NCBI GenBank assembly: GCA_944393565.1
Contig: CALYAM010000001.1
Location: 58,204 to 122,203, forward strand
Length of the DNA stretch: 64,000 nucleotides
Direction of reading: 5' to 3'
Source of the DNA: an uncultured Clostridia bacterium
GTDB lineage: Bacteria; Bacillota; Clostridia; TANB77; CAG-508
The notes beneath the pieces are model-generated. The model did not search any database and was not told the DNA's origin. It saw only the letters and a list, made by a program, of their open reading frames with translations. The translations under genes were made by a program, and so were the position numbers. Within the stretch, counting starts at the first letter, position 1, and every line of letters starts with the position of its first letter. Shown one piece after another: positions 10,080 through 21,160 of the stretch.

Positions 10080-12401
10080 ATGCTAGAATTTACTAATGAA
10101 GAAAAAGACAACTTTACAAAAAAGTTAAATGAAATTGGACTTGATCTTGAAAACATTCCCAATTTTTTAAAGGATTTTAAACCTTTAGATTTTAGACCAT
10201 TAAAAAAATTTGATAATAAAGAGTATTTAGTATACCGTTATGTGCCTGTTTCAAAAATACAAATACTAATAACACCAACTAATCGTTTAACAGATATTAA
10301 AGAAAAATACAGTCTTGCAAAACCCATTTCTGAATACTTAAAACAAGTTACTGAAGAAAATATAGAAAATTTTGCTACCTTTTTAAATATGCTAAAAAAT
10401 ACAAATCTAGAATCTATAAAAGAGATTGAAACAAAACAAGAAAATTTTAGAAAATCTATTCCATATAGAGTAAGATATGAGAAAAACTATTTGTGGCAAA
10501 TTTACTATTCAGAATATTCAAACCAGTATTTTATGCTGGTACCAAGTGAAGAAGGAGAATATGAAACTTTGTTTTATTTATTAAAAGAACAAATAAAACA
10601 AAATAATGAGAATAATCCGGAAGAATACATTTATGTTCCAATTGTAAACTTTGAGCCATCTGAAAATATTTTAAAAAGGGATGAAAGAAGAGATATTGAA
10701 AATTATTTATGGCTTTTTTCCAAACAATGGCCTAATTTTTATGAAGTACAAGATTTCAATGGATTAAGCAAAATTATAATAATAGGAGAGGTTGAGGTTT
10801 ATTCATCTATTTATGCAACATATCGTGTAATGCTAAAAAATAGAGAAGAAGGACTGCAATTTTATAAACAAATTAAGGCATTATTTATTCTACAAACAGA
10901 ATTACCAGACTATTACAAATTTAGAGCTCAAATAGATGAAGATGGAGAGCTACAATTATTTTATAATGAATCTGTAATAAAATATAAAGAGCTTTCTAAT
11001 TTTATAAAATTAGAATGTATTAAAACAATAGAAAACATAGAAAATACTAAAAAAGAAAAAAGAATATTAAGTGCCAAATTAGAAGAATTAAAACAAGTGG
11101 CTAAGAAAAGAGAAGCTGAATTTCAAGAAAAGCAAAAAGAAATAACACTATATTTACAGTATAAAAAAACTTTTTTTGGACGAGTGAAATATTTTTTTAC
11201 CAAGAAAAAAACAAAGGAAAACATACAAACTTTAGTGGAAGAAGTAAAAGTAAGTGTAGAAGATGATGTTTTTTCTTTTGAAGAAAAAGTTTTTTATACA
11301 ATTGAAGATTTAATTTCAATTTGCAATGTATACACAAATATTTCAAAGCAAGTAAAAAACTTTAAATTAGATATTGATGCACTAAGGCAGAAAATAGAAA
11401 ACTTAGAAAGAAAAATAAAGAATGCAAAGCAATATATTAATGAAATAGATAGCCACAAAAAAAGTATTTTTGACTTCTGGAAATTTAGCACTAAAGATGA
11501 AAAACTTGCTTTAAATGAACCTGAGCAAATAGAACAAATAACTCAAAAAAAATCATTAAGAAAAATATTTGACTATGAAAATGATAGAGAAGAAATTACT
11601 AAGCAAATAGATGAGAAACAAAGAAAAATACTTAGCAAAGAAGAAGAAGATAGTATTTTTGTTGCAAAAACACAAATACTACCAATACTTAATAAATTAA
11701 AATCTTTAATAAAGATACCAGATAACAAAATACAGGAAATTTTAGACGAATTAAAAAATGAGGCGATGCAAGAAGAAAAATTGTATGGAAATGAAGAACA
11801 CGATGTCTTTGGTAATACTTATGAAGATAAGACTAAAATAAGAGTTCTTGGCAATAGTAAGCATCGAGAAAATGGCAGGGATAAATTTCAAATTTTAGGA
11901 ATTACTTCAGAAATAAATTTAACAGAATTCAAAGACATATTAAAGAAAATAGAAATTAATTTGTCCAAGGCAATTGAAAAAACTAAGAATGTAATAGATA
12001 TGCCAATATATAAACTTACTTCTAGTGATGAAAAAATAGATTTATATAATTATAATATATATTCTATAAATCCAGAAAAAGAGTTAGAAAAATCAGACAA
12101 GCAAATACAAGAATTCAATTTATATAAGTTAAATTTAAAAGAGGATATGCCAGCTGTTTTTTATACAAATATAATATATTTTGACAATTATAATAGAACA
12201 TTACCGTTAGGAATGGATAAATCAAATGAACTGATTATAAACTCTAATGATTATTCATTTACACTGCTTAATAAAAAGACAGTTTATACAAATCAATATT
12301 TCCAAGAAAATATAGATGACGCAAAATGGAATGTAAAAAAGGTATATATATATGAATATGATATTGAATTGAAAAGAAAAATGGAGGTTAACAGTGATTA
12401 A
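10080..12401 (+). CDS. Large cytoplasmic K/E-rich coiled-coil protein of unknown function (773 aa), translationally coupled to deoB
   Basis: GGAGG RBS. Long uninterrupted ORF with no signal peptide. The stop overlaps the deoB start. Confidence 0.5.
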   Translation: MLEFTNEEKDNFTKKLNEIGLDLENIPNFLKDFKPLDFRPLKKFDNKEYLVYRYVPVSKIQILITPTNRLTDIKEKYSLAKPISEYLKQVTEENIENFATFLNMLKNTNLESIKEIETKQENFRKSIPYRVRYEKNYLWQIYYSEYSNQYFMLVPSEEGEYETLFYLLKEQIKQNNENNPEEYIYVPIVNFEPSENILKRDERRDIENYLWLFSKQWPNFYEVQDFNGLSKIIIIGEVEVYSSIYATYRVMLKNREEGLQFYKQIKALFILQTELPDYYKFRAQIDEDGELQLFYNESVIKYKELSNFIKLECIKTIENIENTKKEKRILSAKLEELKQVAKKREAEFQEKQKEITLYLQYKKTFFGRVKYFFTKKKTKENIQTLVEEVKVSVEDDVFSFEEKVFYTIEDLISICNVYTNISKQVKNFKLDIDALRQKIENLERKIKNAKQYINEIDSHKKSIFDFWKFSTKDEKLALNEPEQIEQITQKKSLRKIFDYENDREEITKQIDEKQRKILSKEEEDSIFVAKTQILPILNKLKSLIKIPDNKIQEILDELKNEAMQEEKLYGNEEHDVFGNTYEDKTKIRVLGNSKHRENGRDKFQILGITSEINLTEFKDILKKIEINLSKAIEKTKNVIDMPIYKLTSSDEKIDLYNYNIYSINPEKELEKSDKQIQEFNLYKLNLKEDMPAVFYTNIIYFDNYNRTLPLGMDKSNELIINSNDYSFTLLNKKTVYTNQYFQENIDDAKWNVKKVYIYEYDIELKRKMEVNSD

Positions 12402-13572
12402 TAGATTCATTATTATTGTATTAGACGGATTTGGAATAGGAGAATTACCAGATGCCAAAGAATATAAGGACGAAGGGAGTAATACTCTTTTAGGAATATA
12501 TAATAATACAAAATTAAATTTACCCAATATGAGAAAATTAGGACTATATAATATTGAAGGAGTATCTATAAAGGAAAAAGAAAATTCTATTATTGGTTGC
12601 TATGGAAGAGCAATGGAGAAATCCAAAGGCAAAAATAGTCCAGTAGGACATCTTGAAATAGCTGGGTATGTAACAGAAAAACCATTTACTACGTATCCAC
12701 AAGCATTTCCTCAAAAAATGATAGAAGAATTTACTAAATTAGCTAATTTAAGAGGTATTTTGTGTAATGAGGTTGGATCTGGAACAGAAATATTAAAGAG
12801 ATTTGGGGAAGAACATATTAAAACTGGTTTTCCAATTATTTATACATCTGCCGATAGTGTGTTTCAAATAGCAGCTCATGAAAAAGTAATCCCTGTAGGA
12901 AGACTTTATGAAATATGCCAAATTGCACGAAAAATATTAGATAAGCCTGAGTACAATGTTGGAACAGTAATAGCTAGGCCTTTTGTCGGAGATAATCCTT
13001 CAAATTATTTAAGAACATATAATAGGAGGGACTTTGAGTTTAAATCTTTTGGAAAAACAATGCTTGATGTAATATATAAAAATAAAAAAAGTGTTATTGC
13101 AATAGGGAAAATAGAGGACTTGTTTTGCGGAAGAGGCATTACTAAGGTTATACGTACAAGAGGGAATGAAGACGGAATTGAAAAGACTATAATGGAAATA
13201 AAGCAAAATACGAAGGGAATTATATTTACAAATTTAGTAGATTTTGATACACTATATGGACATCGCAATGATGTAGAAGGCTATGCAAAAGCATTAGAAT
13301 ATTTTGATTTTAAAATTCCAGAGATAATTAATAATTTAAAAGAAGACGATTGCCTTATTATAACAGCGGACCATGGTAATGACCCATCAACACCGAGTAC
13401 AGATCATTCAAGAGAATATATTCCAATATTAATTTATGGGAATAAAATAAAGAGGGGCATTAATATACAAACAAGACAATCATACGCAGATATTTCAGCA
13501 ACGATTTTAGACTTCTTCAATTATGAAAGACTAGATTACGGAATAAGCTTTAAAAATTTAATTACAAATTAA
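12394..13572 (+). CDS. deoB: Phosphopentomutase
   Basis: N-terminus RFIIIVLDGFGIG and the metal-binding motif ITADHGNDP. 392 aa. Confidence 0.85.
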   Translation: MINRFIIIVLDGFGIGELPDAKEYKDEGSNTLLGIYNNTKLNLPNMRKLGLYNIEGVSIKEKENSIIGCYGRAMEKSKGKNSPVGHLEIAGYVTEKPFTTYPQAFPQKMIEEFTKLANLRGILCNEVGSGTEILKRFGEEHIKTGFPIIYTSADSVFQIAAHEKVIPVGRLYEICQIARKILDKPEYNVGTVIARPFVGDNPSNYLRTYNRRDFEFKSFGKTMLDVIYKNKKSVIAIGKIEDLFCGRGITKVIRTRGNEDGIEKTIMEIKQNTKGIIFTNLVDFDTLYGHRNDVEGYAKALEYFDFKIPEIINNLKEDDCLIITADHGNDPSTPSTDHSREYIPILIYGNKIKRGINIQTRQSYADISATILDFFNYERLDYGISFKNLITN

Positions 13573-13649
13573 TGATTATTTAAGAAGTACTAAATTTTTA
13601 GTGTTATATATTGAATTTATAATGTTTTCAATATATAATGCTATAAGTT

Positions 13650-13732
13650 GTCCAGGTGGCGGAATTGGTATACGCGCACGATTCAGAATCGTGTGGGAAA
13701 CTGTGCGGGTTCAAATCCCGTCCTGGACACCA
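13650..13732 (+). tRNA. tRNA-Leu (anticodon CAG), class II with a long variable arm
   Basis: Acceptor gtccagg/cctggac, anticodon loop ttCAGaa, T-loop ttcaaat, encoded CCA. Confidence 0.75.
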
Positions 13733-13812
13733 ATTAGGTGTATAGTAATTAAAAAATGTTGTAGACAAATTAACAAAAATGTGTTATCCTAATATATGAT
13801 TTAATCAGATAT

Positions 13813-13899
13813 GCAGGTGTGGCGGAATTGGCAGACGCACAGGACTCAAAATCCTGCGAAGTAACATTCGTGTGGGTTCGACCCCCACCACCTGCACCA
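13813..13899 (+). tRNA. tRNA-Leu (anticodon CAA), class II
   Basis: Acceptor gcaggtg/cacctgc, anticodon loop ctCAAaa, long variable arm, encoded CCA. Confidence 0.75.
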
Positions 13900-13923
13900 T
13901 AAACTAGTTTGCAAATTCACAAG

Positions 13924-13955
13924 AATTTAATTATAAGTGTTACAATAATTAAATT
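13924..13955 (+). promoter_or_regulatory. Perfect 11-bp inverted repeat (aatttaattat N10 ataattaaatt), a candidate metal-sensor operator upstream of the CDF transporter gene
   Basis: 11/11 complementary arms read from the sequence, about 25 bp upstream of the RBS of the czcD-like gene. Confidence 0.35.
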
Positions 13956-13980
13956 TTACAATTACGAGGAGAACTTAAAA

Positions 13981-14871
13981 ATGAAAACAGAAAAAAATAT
14001 CTTGTTTGCTTTTTTATTGAACTTAATGTTTTCCATTTTTGAATTTGTGGGAGGAATATTTACAAATTCTGTGGCAATATTGTCAGATGCTGTACATGAC
14101 ATGGGAGATGCTTTGAGCATAGGAATCTCCCTTTTTTTAGAGAAAAAAAGCAAAAAGAAACCCGACAACAATTATACTTATGGCTATATAAGGTATTCAG
14201 TATTAGGCGGATTAATAACAACTGTTATTTTGCTAGTTGGGTCAGTTTTAGTTATTTATAATGCTATTGTGAGAATTATTAATCCAGTAGATGTTAATTA
14301 TAAAGGAATGCTAATATTTGCAGTTGCCGGTGTGATAATGAATTTTATCGCAGCATATTTAACTAAAGAAGGAGATTCAATAAATCAAAAATCTGTAAAT
14401 CTTCATATGTTAGAAGATGTATTAGGCTGGGTAGTTGTTTTAGTAGGTGCTATAATAATGAATTTTACAGATATACTTATTATTGACCCAATCATGAGTA
14501 TAGGTGTTGCAGTATTTATATTAATAAATACTTTAAAGAATCTAAAACAAATTTTAAACTTGTTTCTAGAGAAGACACCAGAAAATATTAATATTGAAGA
14601 ACTAAAAAATCACTTAAAAAAGATTGACGGAGTAAATGACATACATCATATACATGTGTGGAGTATAGATGGCTATAACAGTTATGCAACTATGCATATA
14701 GTTACGAAATCTAACAATATAAAAGAAATAAAAGAGAAAATAAGAAAAGAACTAGCAGAACATGGAATATGTCATGCAATACTTGAAACAGAAGATGAAG
14801 CGTGCGATGATGTTGAATGCAAACCAAATTTACACACAGAACAAGAAGCCCATAATCACCATCATCATTAA
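13981..14871 (+). CDS. czcD: Cation diffusion facilitator family transporter (CzcD/ZitB-like Zn/Co/Cd efflux)
   Basis: TM-II motif SDAVHDMGDALS, HHIHVWS, and a His-rich C-terminus EAHNHHHH. GAGGAG RBS before ATG 13981. Confidence 0.8.
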   Translation: MKTEKNILFAFLLNLMFSIFEFVGGIFTNSVAILSDAVHDMGDALSIGISLFLEKKSKKKPDNNYTYGYIRYSVLGGLITTVILLVGSVLVIYNAIVRIINPVDVNYKGMLIFAVAGVIMNFIAAYLTKEGDSINQKSVNLHMLEDVLGWVVVLVGAIIMNFTDILIIDPIMSIGVAVFILINTLKNLKQILNLFLEKTPENINIEELKNHLKKIDGVNDIHHIHVWSIDGYNSYATMHIVTKSNNIKEIKEKIRKELAEHGICHAILETEDEACDDVECKPNLHTEQEAHNHHHH

Positions 14872-14963
14872 ATGAACGATTTTCTTTAACATACCAAAGA
14901 TACTTGCATATTTACATAAAATATGGTATTATATATTTATGCAAAATACAAGGAGGGCAATGC

Positions 14964-15303
14964 CATGAAAATTTCTCTCACTTTCAGACGGCTAAAAGAT
15001 TACTTTGACGACATGAAATATAGGAGACTGGAAAATCTAATCCTATATGAGGTCCAAAAAGATCTAACATGGTTATACTTTCAGGAACAAAAATATCAAA
15101 GGATGTTGCTTTTTGGAAAATACTCGGATAAGAAAATTGCGAAGCTAAAAGCAACAATAAAAAAAGAAGTTGAGTTCTTAGAGGAAAAATGCAATGACAT
15201 AACTGAAGATTACTCATTCTTGTTTGAAGAACATGTGTTAAGGCTAATCGAAGACTGCAGAGAGGAGGCATTACAAATTGCCCAACGAATCGGTGGAAAC
15301 TAA
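14964..15303 (+). CDS. Hypothetical protein, about 113 aa
   Basis: AGGAGGG RBS then ATG 14964. The stop is embedded in a terminator hairpin. Confidence 0.4.
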
Positions 15304-15396
15304 TTTCCACCGATTTTTTACATTATAGGAAATGCAATTTCCTATAATGCAGAAAAATATAGATGCACAGAAAAAATTGCTGTGCAATTTTTCTGC
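15288..15396. terminator. Series of three hairpins forming a bidirectional terminator region between convergent genes (cggtggaaa/tttccaccg; ataggaaat/atttcctat; gcagaaaaat...atttttctgc with inner tgcacag/ctgtgca)
   Basis: Perfect inverted repeats read directly from the sequence. T-runs follow the first hairpin. Confidence 0.6.
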
Positions 15397-15508
15397 TGGC
15401 AAATTTCATACGCTTCTTTCTAGACTTTATTAATGTAATCAAATTAAAAAGTAGAGAAAAGGTCTAGCAAAGCTAGATTTGTCCATAGACAGGAGAGCTA
15501 TTTCTCAC

Positions 15509-16817
15509 TTAACAAGTAATATTATCCCTTAATTTTTTTAGACTTGCCAAGAAATTGATAATTTCACTAATAAAAATAGACATAATATAGCCTACAACGC
15601 CAAACTTTGGAACGAAAAAGTATATAAAAGTTGTTGTAATTGCAAGATCTAATATATTAACTAACATAACCGAGGTCTGAGCATCTAGGCCTTTTAAAAT
15701 TCCATCAATAACCATATCCAAATACATAATTATAATTAAAGGACTAAATAATTTTAAATAAAATCCAACAGAAAAATCACCGTAAAGTTTAACTGAAATC
15801 CAATCTGAAAAGAAAAAGAAAATAATGATTATAAGACAGGAAAACAAAGAAGTTACTAAAAATATAAGTTTAGTTACTTGCTTTATTCGTTTAAAATCTT
15901 TTTTAGTATAATATCGCGTAAACTCTGGAATTAAAAGATTGCTAAATGTTGTAATTAATATACTTGGAAACAATATTACTGGCATTGCCATTCCAGAAAT
16001 TACACCATATTCTGCAAATGCGTTTGTACAGTCCATTCCACTCTTTTCCAAACTAGACGGAATAAGAACTTGCTTTAAAGTAGATAATGCTGAACGAACA
16101 TAAGAAGTAATTGCTAGTGGAAAAGCAACACGGAAGATGCGAGGAAAGATGTGACTAACTTTTATACCAAAAGATAAATTGTTTTTATCAAAGCAATATA
16201 ATATAAATGAAAAAATAAAAGAAGCAACTTCAGAAAGAACATCAGCTAATATTAAACAAAAACATGCTGATTCAAGACTAACTCCTAAAAATCTATCAAA
16301 CAAAAACACTGTAAGCATAATTTTTAAAATTTGTTCAAAAAAGTTAGAGATTGCTGTTTTGTAAACTCTTCTAACTGCAACAAAGTAACCACTTATTGCA
16401 GAACTCATAGCAATGAAAGGAAGTGCTATACCTATCATATAAAATATTATTTCAGAAACCCTATTATGCAAAAAATATGAACAAATCCATTTTGCAGAGA
16501 AAACAAGGCAAATACTAACAATAGTAGAAATACATAAGCTAAGTACAATACATTTTTTTATAATTTGTTTTGCTCCCATATCATTACCGGAGCGCAAGTT
16601 CTTCAGAAACTAGCTTTGTTGTTGCAAAATTAATTCCACTGCTTGCTATGGTAACTGTAAAAAGATATATAGACATAACTAATTGAAATATACCAACGGC
16701 TTCTTTGCCAACTTGATTTGAAATAAATACACCAAAAGAAACACCTATAGATTTTAAAATAAGAGAGCTTGTAACCAGGATAATAGTATTTAAAATAAAT
16801 ATTTTTATTTTTTTCAA
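15509..16817 (-). pseudogene. MOP-superfamily flippase (SpoVB/Wzx-like polysaccharide biosynthesis protein) split by a frameshift near 16590
   Basis: A 77-aa N-terminal ORF with two TM helices (ending VSEELALR*) overlaps a 362-aa multi-TM ORF in another frame by 14 nt. Together they match the SpoVB/MurJ-like architecture. Confidence 0.5.
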
Positions 16818-16917
16818 TTAAACCACCTGCTGTTTAAATATATGATATAATATAAAAAACATATTCTAATAAAATTAAAATTAGAATATATGAAACTTTT
16901 TTTTGATATTTTAAGTA

Positions 16918-17718
16918 TTGTTTAATAGGGGGGGATGTAGTTTGAATAAAAAAATAATTATGGTAATTGTAATTATGGTTATAGCTTTGCTTTTAACTTT
17001 AATTATTGCAATGACACAAATAGAAGATGACATAGTAATAGGAAAACCTGGAAACTCATATTTTAGAGGAATAGTAACTGAAGTATATGAAAGTAGTTTT
17101 TTAGTTCGTGTTAGTGAGTGGCATCCAATGGCAAAAGGAGGAAGTGTTGTTAGTGTTGGCTCAAAATTACTAGATGATGAAAAAGTAAATAAAGGAGATT
17201 ATGTAGAAGTTGTTTTTGATGGTGGTGTTATGGAAAGCTGGCCACTGCAAGTTAATGAGCTAGATATTAAAATTTTAAAATCAGATAAAATAGCAAGTAT
17301 GTATGAAACAATGCTTGATGAAATCTGGAAAGAAGATGAAGCATTAAATTCAGATGCTGAATTTATTTGCATTGATTTTGAAAATTTTAAAAAAATAGAT
17401 AACAAAAATAATAGTGAATTTACAAGTATAGAAGATGGGACAAAACAAAATATTTTGACATATGCTAAAAAATATCATGAAATTGTTATAGCCAACAGTA
17501 TGGAAGAACTAAAAGAAAAAGGATTGTTTAACGAAGAGACAATGAGTTTAAAAGGAGTTTTAATTTATATTGATGAGATTGAAGAAATTTCAGAGAATAA
17601 GGCAATTATTTCAATGGTAAAATACAGAAGTGGATTGGGCGCAATATTTTCTAAATATGAATTGACATTTAAAGATGAAAAATGGGAAATAAAAACTTTA
17701 TCTATGGCAATATCCTAA
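16918..17718 (+). CDS. Membrane-anchored hypothetical protein, about 260 aa, with an N-terminal TM helix
   Basis: ORF with an N-terminal hydrophobic helix and no recognised domain. Confidence 0.4.
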   Translation: MFNRGGCSLNKKIIMVIVIMVIALLLTLIIAMTQIEDDIVIGKPGNSYFRGIVTEVYESSFLVRVSEWHPMAKGGSVVSVGSKLLDDEKVNKGDYVEVVFDGGVMESWPLQVNELDIKILKSDKIASMYETMLDEIWKEDEALNSDAEFICIDFENFKKIDNKNNSEFTSIEDGTKQNILTYAKKYHEIVIANSMEELKEKGLFNEETMSLKGVLIYIDEIEEISENKAIISMVKYRSGLGAIFSKYELTFKDEKWEIKTLSMAIS

Positions 17719-17798
17719 ACTATATTTAATGTGTTGACAAAAGAATAAAAAAGGTCTAAATTTATAAGTGTAAATTAAATGGAAAGAAAGGGGAAAAA

Positions 17799-20180
17799 AT
17801 GAAAAAAATTCATGTTTTTTTGCTAATTTTATTTGGAATCATCCTATTTGGCAATATATCACACGCGGCAAGTAGTACAGAATACATTGATTCAGAAGTG
17901 TATGAAATTTCACAATTGGGCGAAGAAAAAATTGCAACAGGTTTAGATCAAAAGAATATGACGGCACAAACAATATTGGATAATTTCACATTGTTTCATA
18001 GTACACTTAGTAAGAAGGCTTATGATTTAGATGATAATGCTGTGGAAAGCACAGAAAAACTTGGCACAGGTTCAAAAATAAAGGCTGTTTTTTCTTATAG
18101 CAGTACTTTTGATTACCCATATGATAGCGTAACTTTAGTACTTTATGGTGATACAAATGGAGATGGAGATATTACTTCAGCAGACGCATTAGCTGTTATT
18201 AAAAATAAAACAGGAAAAGTAAAATTCCAAGATTCGTGTTTTGAAGAAGCAGGAAGGATAACAGAGAACACACGAAAAAATGCATCTATTCCTTCTTCAG
18301 CAGATGCACTAGCTATTATAAAATATAGATTAGGTAAGAACCAAATAACACAAACATATAAAAGAACAATAATAGTATCAAATTATCAAGACTTATATAT
18401 GCAACTTGAACAGGCAAATGAAAATATAAAGTTCGATTCTAGCACTGAAGGAAAACAAATAGAGGCAAGCTATAATCAACTAAAAAATGTTGTTAACACG
18501 TATTGTAAAAGCGATATGTCACAAATTACAAAAGCATTGATATTACATGATTATTTAGTAGCTGGTAGTAAAGTAGATAGAACTTCTGGTAAATATACTG
18601 AAGATTCAGCAGAGAGCAACATACAAAACGTAAATAAAACAATGAATGATTTAGGATTTGCAAATACATATACATCACTTCTTGGAATTGCTGGAATTGA
18701 GTCAAGAGTTATAAAGGGAAGGTCAGGAGCAACTACTATTAATATAATGAATGAAGTAACAATAGATGGACAAATGTATTATGTATCATGTGGAGCAGAT
18801 AGATACATTTCAGATAGGGAAGGTAAAAATGAAGTAAGAAGATATTTCTTTATGAGAAATACAGACGGGTTAAAAGAGCCTTTTTCGGCAAATTCAATGT
18901 TATTTATGTTAGAGCCACAAAGTAATAGAACTTCTACTTCTACAAAATATGAAGGTGTAATTTGGCCAGAATATAGGAAGGAATTGAATTACAAAGACTC
19001 TGAAATAAAATTAGCTAATGGCAAAGTTATAGTAGAAACGCTTTCAGAATTAAAAGAAGCATTACTTTCAGGTAAAAGTTATGCTATAAATGTAGTGGAT
19101 GGTTATTCACAAGAACTATATGAAATAGATGAACGTTGCAAAAAAATACTGGCAAAATATATTAAACCAGGAATGACAATAGAAGAGAAACTACTAACAA
19201 TACATGATTACATATGTTCAAATTTTATAAGAACAGATCATGAGGCAATTCTAGAGAGAGAAAAATCAGATGCTGAATATGATTGCGCATGGGGCCTATA
19301 CAAAAATACAATATTATCTAATATGGGAGACTGCTGGTCAATTACTGATTATTTTAATACTCTATGTGCATATATTGGACTAGAAACAAAATCAGTATCA
19401 GAGCATCAAGTGCCAAATCCATTTGGGTTAGGAAACCATATGTGGAGCCTTGTAAAATTAGATGGAAATTGGTACCACGTAGACTGCGAAGGAGGAGACT
19501 TTTATGCATATGGAAAAGTTGAGAGAAGATGGTTCTTATACAGTGATGATGCTATGCAAATAGAAGAAAATACATATGAACCATGTACTTCTACTAAATA
19601 TGATAACTATGATTGGCCTGAATTTAAAGGAGTAGCATATTATCAAGATGTAACAGGAATAATAGATGAAGATGTTCCAGCAACAAGTATATGGATAGAT
19701 GAGAGAACGGAGACCGTTGTTGGGGATTCATATAATATTATGACAAGAGTATTTCCATATGGCTCTACAAGCAAAGTAACATATACTTCAAGTAATCCTG
19801 CGATAGCAACGATCGATGCAAATGGCAATATGGAGATAAAAGGCAAGGGGCAAGCTACAATAACAGCAAGAACCTCAAATGGAATTACAAGATCATATAC
19901 TTTAACATCTCACTATGTTCCAGACAGAATATTGCTAGATGATTTGACTTTGTCAGTAGGAGAAACTAAACAGGCAATATATAATGTTATACCAGAGGGT
20001 GCTGAATTTGAATCTGAAGGCTGGAGAATAGTAAATGAAGATATTGCAACGATAGATGAAAAAACTGGAAAAGTTACTGGCAAAAGAGCAGGAACTACAT
20101 ATATGTATTTTGATTATAAATACAGAACAGAAGGAACTATTACTAGTACGTCAACATATGCAAGAGTTATAGTAAAATAA
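17799..20180 (+). CDS. Secreted protein with an N-proximal type-I dockerin, a tandem degenerate plus active transglutaminase-like cysteine-protease core, and a C-terminal Big_2 Ig-like domain
   Basis: Signal peptide. Dockerin repeat YGDTNGDGDITSADALAVIKNK with a second segment SSADALAIIKYRLGK. Transglutaminase-like Cys-His-Asp core GDCWSITDYF...GNHMWSLVKLDGNWYHVDCEG. Big_2-like VTYTSSNPAIATIDANGNMEIKGKGQATITA. Confidence 0.6.
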   Translation: MKKIHVFLLILFGIILFGNISHAASSTEYIDSEVYEISQLGEEKIATGLDQKNMTAQTILDNFTLFHSTLSKKAYDLDDNAVESTEKLGTGSKIKAVFSYSSTFDYPYDSVTLVLYGDTNGDGDITSADALAVIKNKTGKVKFQDSCFEEAGRITENTRKNASIPSSADALAIIKYRLGKNQITQTYKRTIIVSNYQDLYMQLEQANENIKFDSSTEGKQIEASYNQLKNVVNTYCKSDMSQITKALILHDYLVAGSKVDRTSGKYTEDSAESNIQNVNKTMNDLGFANTYTSLLGIAGIESRVIKGRSGATTINIMNEVTIDGQMYYVSCGADRYISDREGKNEVRRYFFMRNTDGLKEPFSANSMLFMLEPQSNRTSTSTKYEGVIWPEYRKELNYKDSEIKLANGKVIVETLSELKEALLSGKSYAINVVDGYSQELYEIDERCKKILAKYIKPGMTIEEKLLTIHDYICSNFIRTDHEAILEREKSDAEYDCAWGLYKNTILSNMGDCWSITDYFNTLCAYIGLETKSVSEHQVPNPFGLGNHMWSLVKLDGNWYHVDCEGGDFYAYGKVERRWFLYSDDAMQIEENTYEPCTSTKYDNYDWPEFKGVAYYQDVTGIIDEDVPATSIWIDERTETVVGDSYNIMTRVFPYGSTSKVTYTSSNPAIATIDANGNMEIKGKGQATITARTSNGITRSYTLTSHYVPDRILLDDLTLSVGETKQAIYNVIPEGAEFESEGWRIVNEDIATIDEKTGKVTGKRAGTTYMYFDYKYRTEGTITSTSTYARVIVK

Positions 20181-20194
20181 GAATAATTTATTTT

Positions 20195-20232
20195 AAAAAG
20201 TGAAGTGAATTAAGTTTAACTTCACTTTTTTT
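20195..20232 (+). terminator. Rho-independent terminator (aaaagtgaag/cttcactttt stem followed by a T-run)
   Basis: 10-bp perfect stem followed by ttttttt. Confidence 0.7.
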
Positions 20233-20367
20233 ATGCAAAAAAGTAACGATATAAAGAATGATGATATCTTAAAAAGATTTTTGTTGTTTTTACATATTTT
20301 TAATGTTATAATATACAAAAATTTATAAATTTGAAACCTTTAATTTTAGGAAGGAATACTGTTTTAG

Positions 20368-21042
20368 ATGAACGAAAAAATAAGAAAAGAAATAATTACT
20401 GTTTTTTGGATATTTGTAATTGGAAGTATTTTTGGATGTATAGCAGAGACGGTATATGGCTTTTTAAAAAATGGAGAGTTCTACATAAAAAAAGGTTTGA
20501 TTTATGGACCTTTTATACCAGTTTATGGTATTGGAGCAGTTATGTATTATTTTGTAGTTACAAAGGTTAAACATCCTGTAAATATATTTTTGTGCAGCAT
20601 GGTACTTGGAGGAGTTGCTGAATATATTTGTTCATATGCACAAGAAATATTTTTTGGAACAATTTCATGGGATTATAGTAATCTAGTGTTTAATTTAAAC
20701 GGTAGGACTAGTTTGATACATTGTATTTTGTGGGGGCTTGCTGGGATTTTTTATAGAATAATTGCATACCCATTTATTAAAAAATGGGTAAACAATTATA
20801 AAAAGGCAGAGTTTAAAGTATTTACATTTATAGTTGTATTGTTTATGACTGCTAATATAATTATTTCTTGCGCAGCAGGGAGTAGACAAAATGAAAGAGT
20901 AAAACAAATTCCAGCAACTAGTGAGCTAGACAAATTACTAGACAGATATTATCCTGATTCTGTAATGGACAAAATTTATGCTAATAAAATTGTGACTGTA
21001 AAAAGAAAAGAACCAATTTTGAAGCTTAACATAGAAAGGTGA
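20368..21042 (+). CDS. Polytopic membrane protein of unknown function, 224 aa
   Basis: About 5 TM helices. Contains a GPFIPVYGIG motif. No confident family assignment. Confidence 0.4.
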   Translation: MNEKIRKEIITVFWIFVIGSIFGCIAETVYGFLKNGEFYIKKGLIYGPFIPVYGIGAVMYYFVVTKVKHPVNIFLCSMVLGGVAEYICSYAQEIFFGTISWDYSNLVFNLNGRTSLIHCILWGLAGIFYRIIAYPFIKKWVNNYKKAEFKVFTFIVVLFMTANIIISCAAGSRQNERVKQIPATSELDKLLDRYYPDSVMDKIYANKIVTVKRKEPILKLNIER

Positions 21043-21160
21043 AAAATAATCTTATTTAATTTACTTTTTTAAACTTTATTATTGACGAACATTTTTTTAT
21101 CATATATAGTATAATCGATAATATGTTACAAAATACGTACCAAATAAAGGAGGAGATTTT

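Noticed and set aside
13601-13792. ORF of 63 aa
   Set aside because: It overlaps tRNA-Leu(CAG) entirely and is a spurious translation of a tRNA gene.
20331-20570. ORF of 79 aa overlapping the start of the 20368 membrane-protein gene
   Set aside because: It is an alternate frame of a better-supported ORF, with no RBS.
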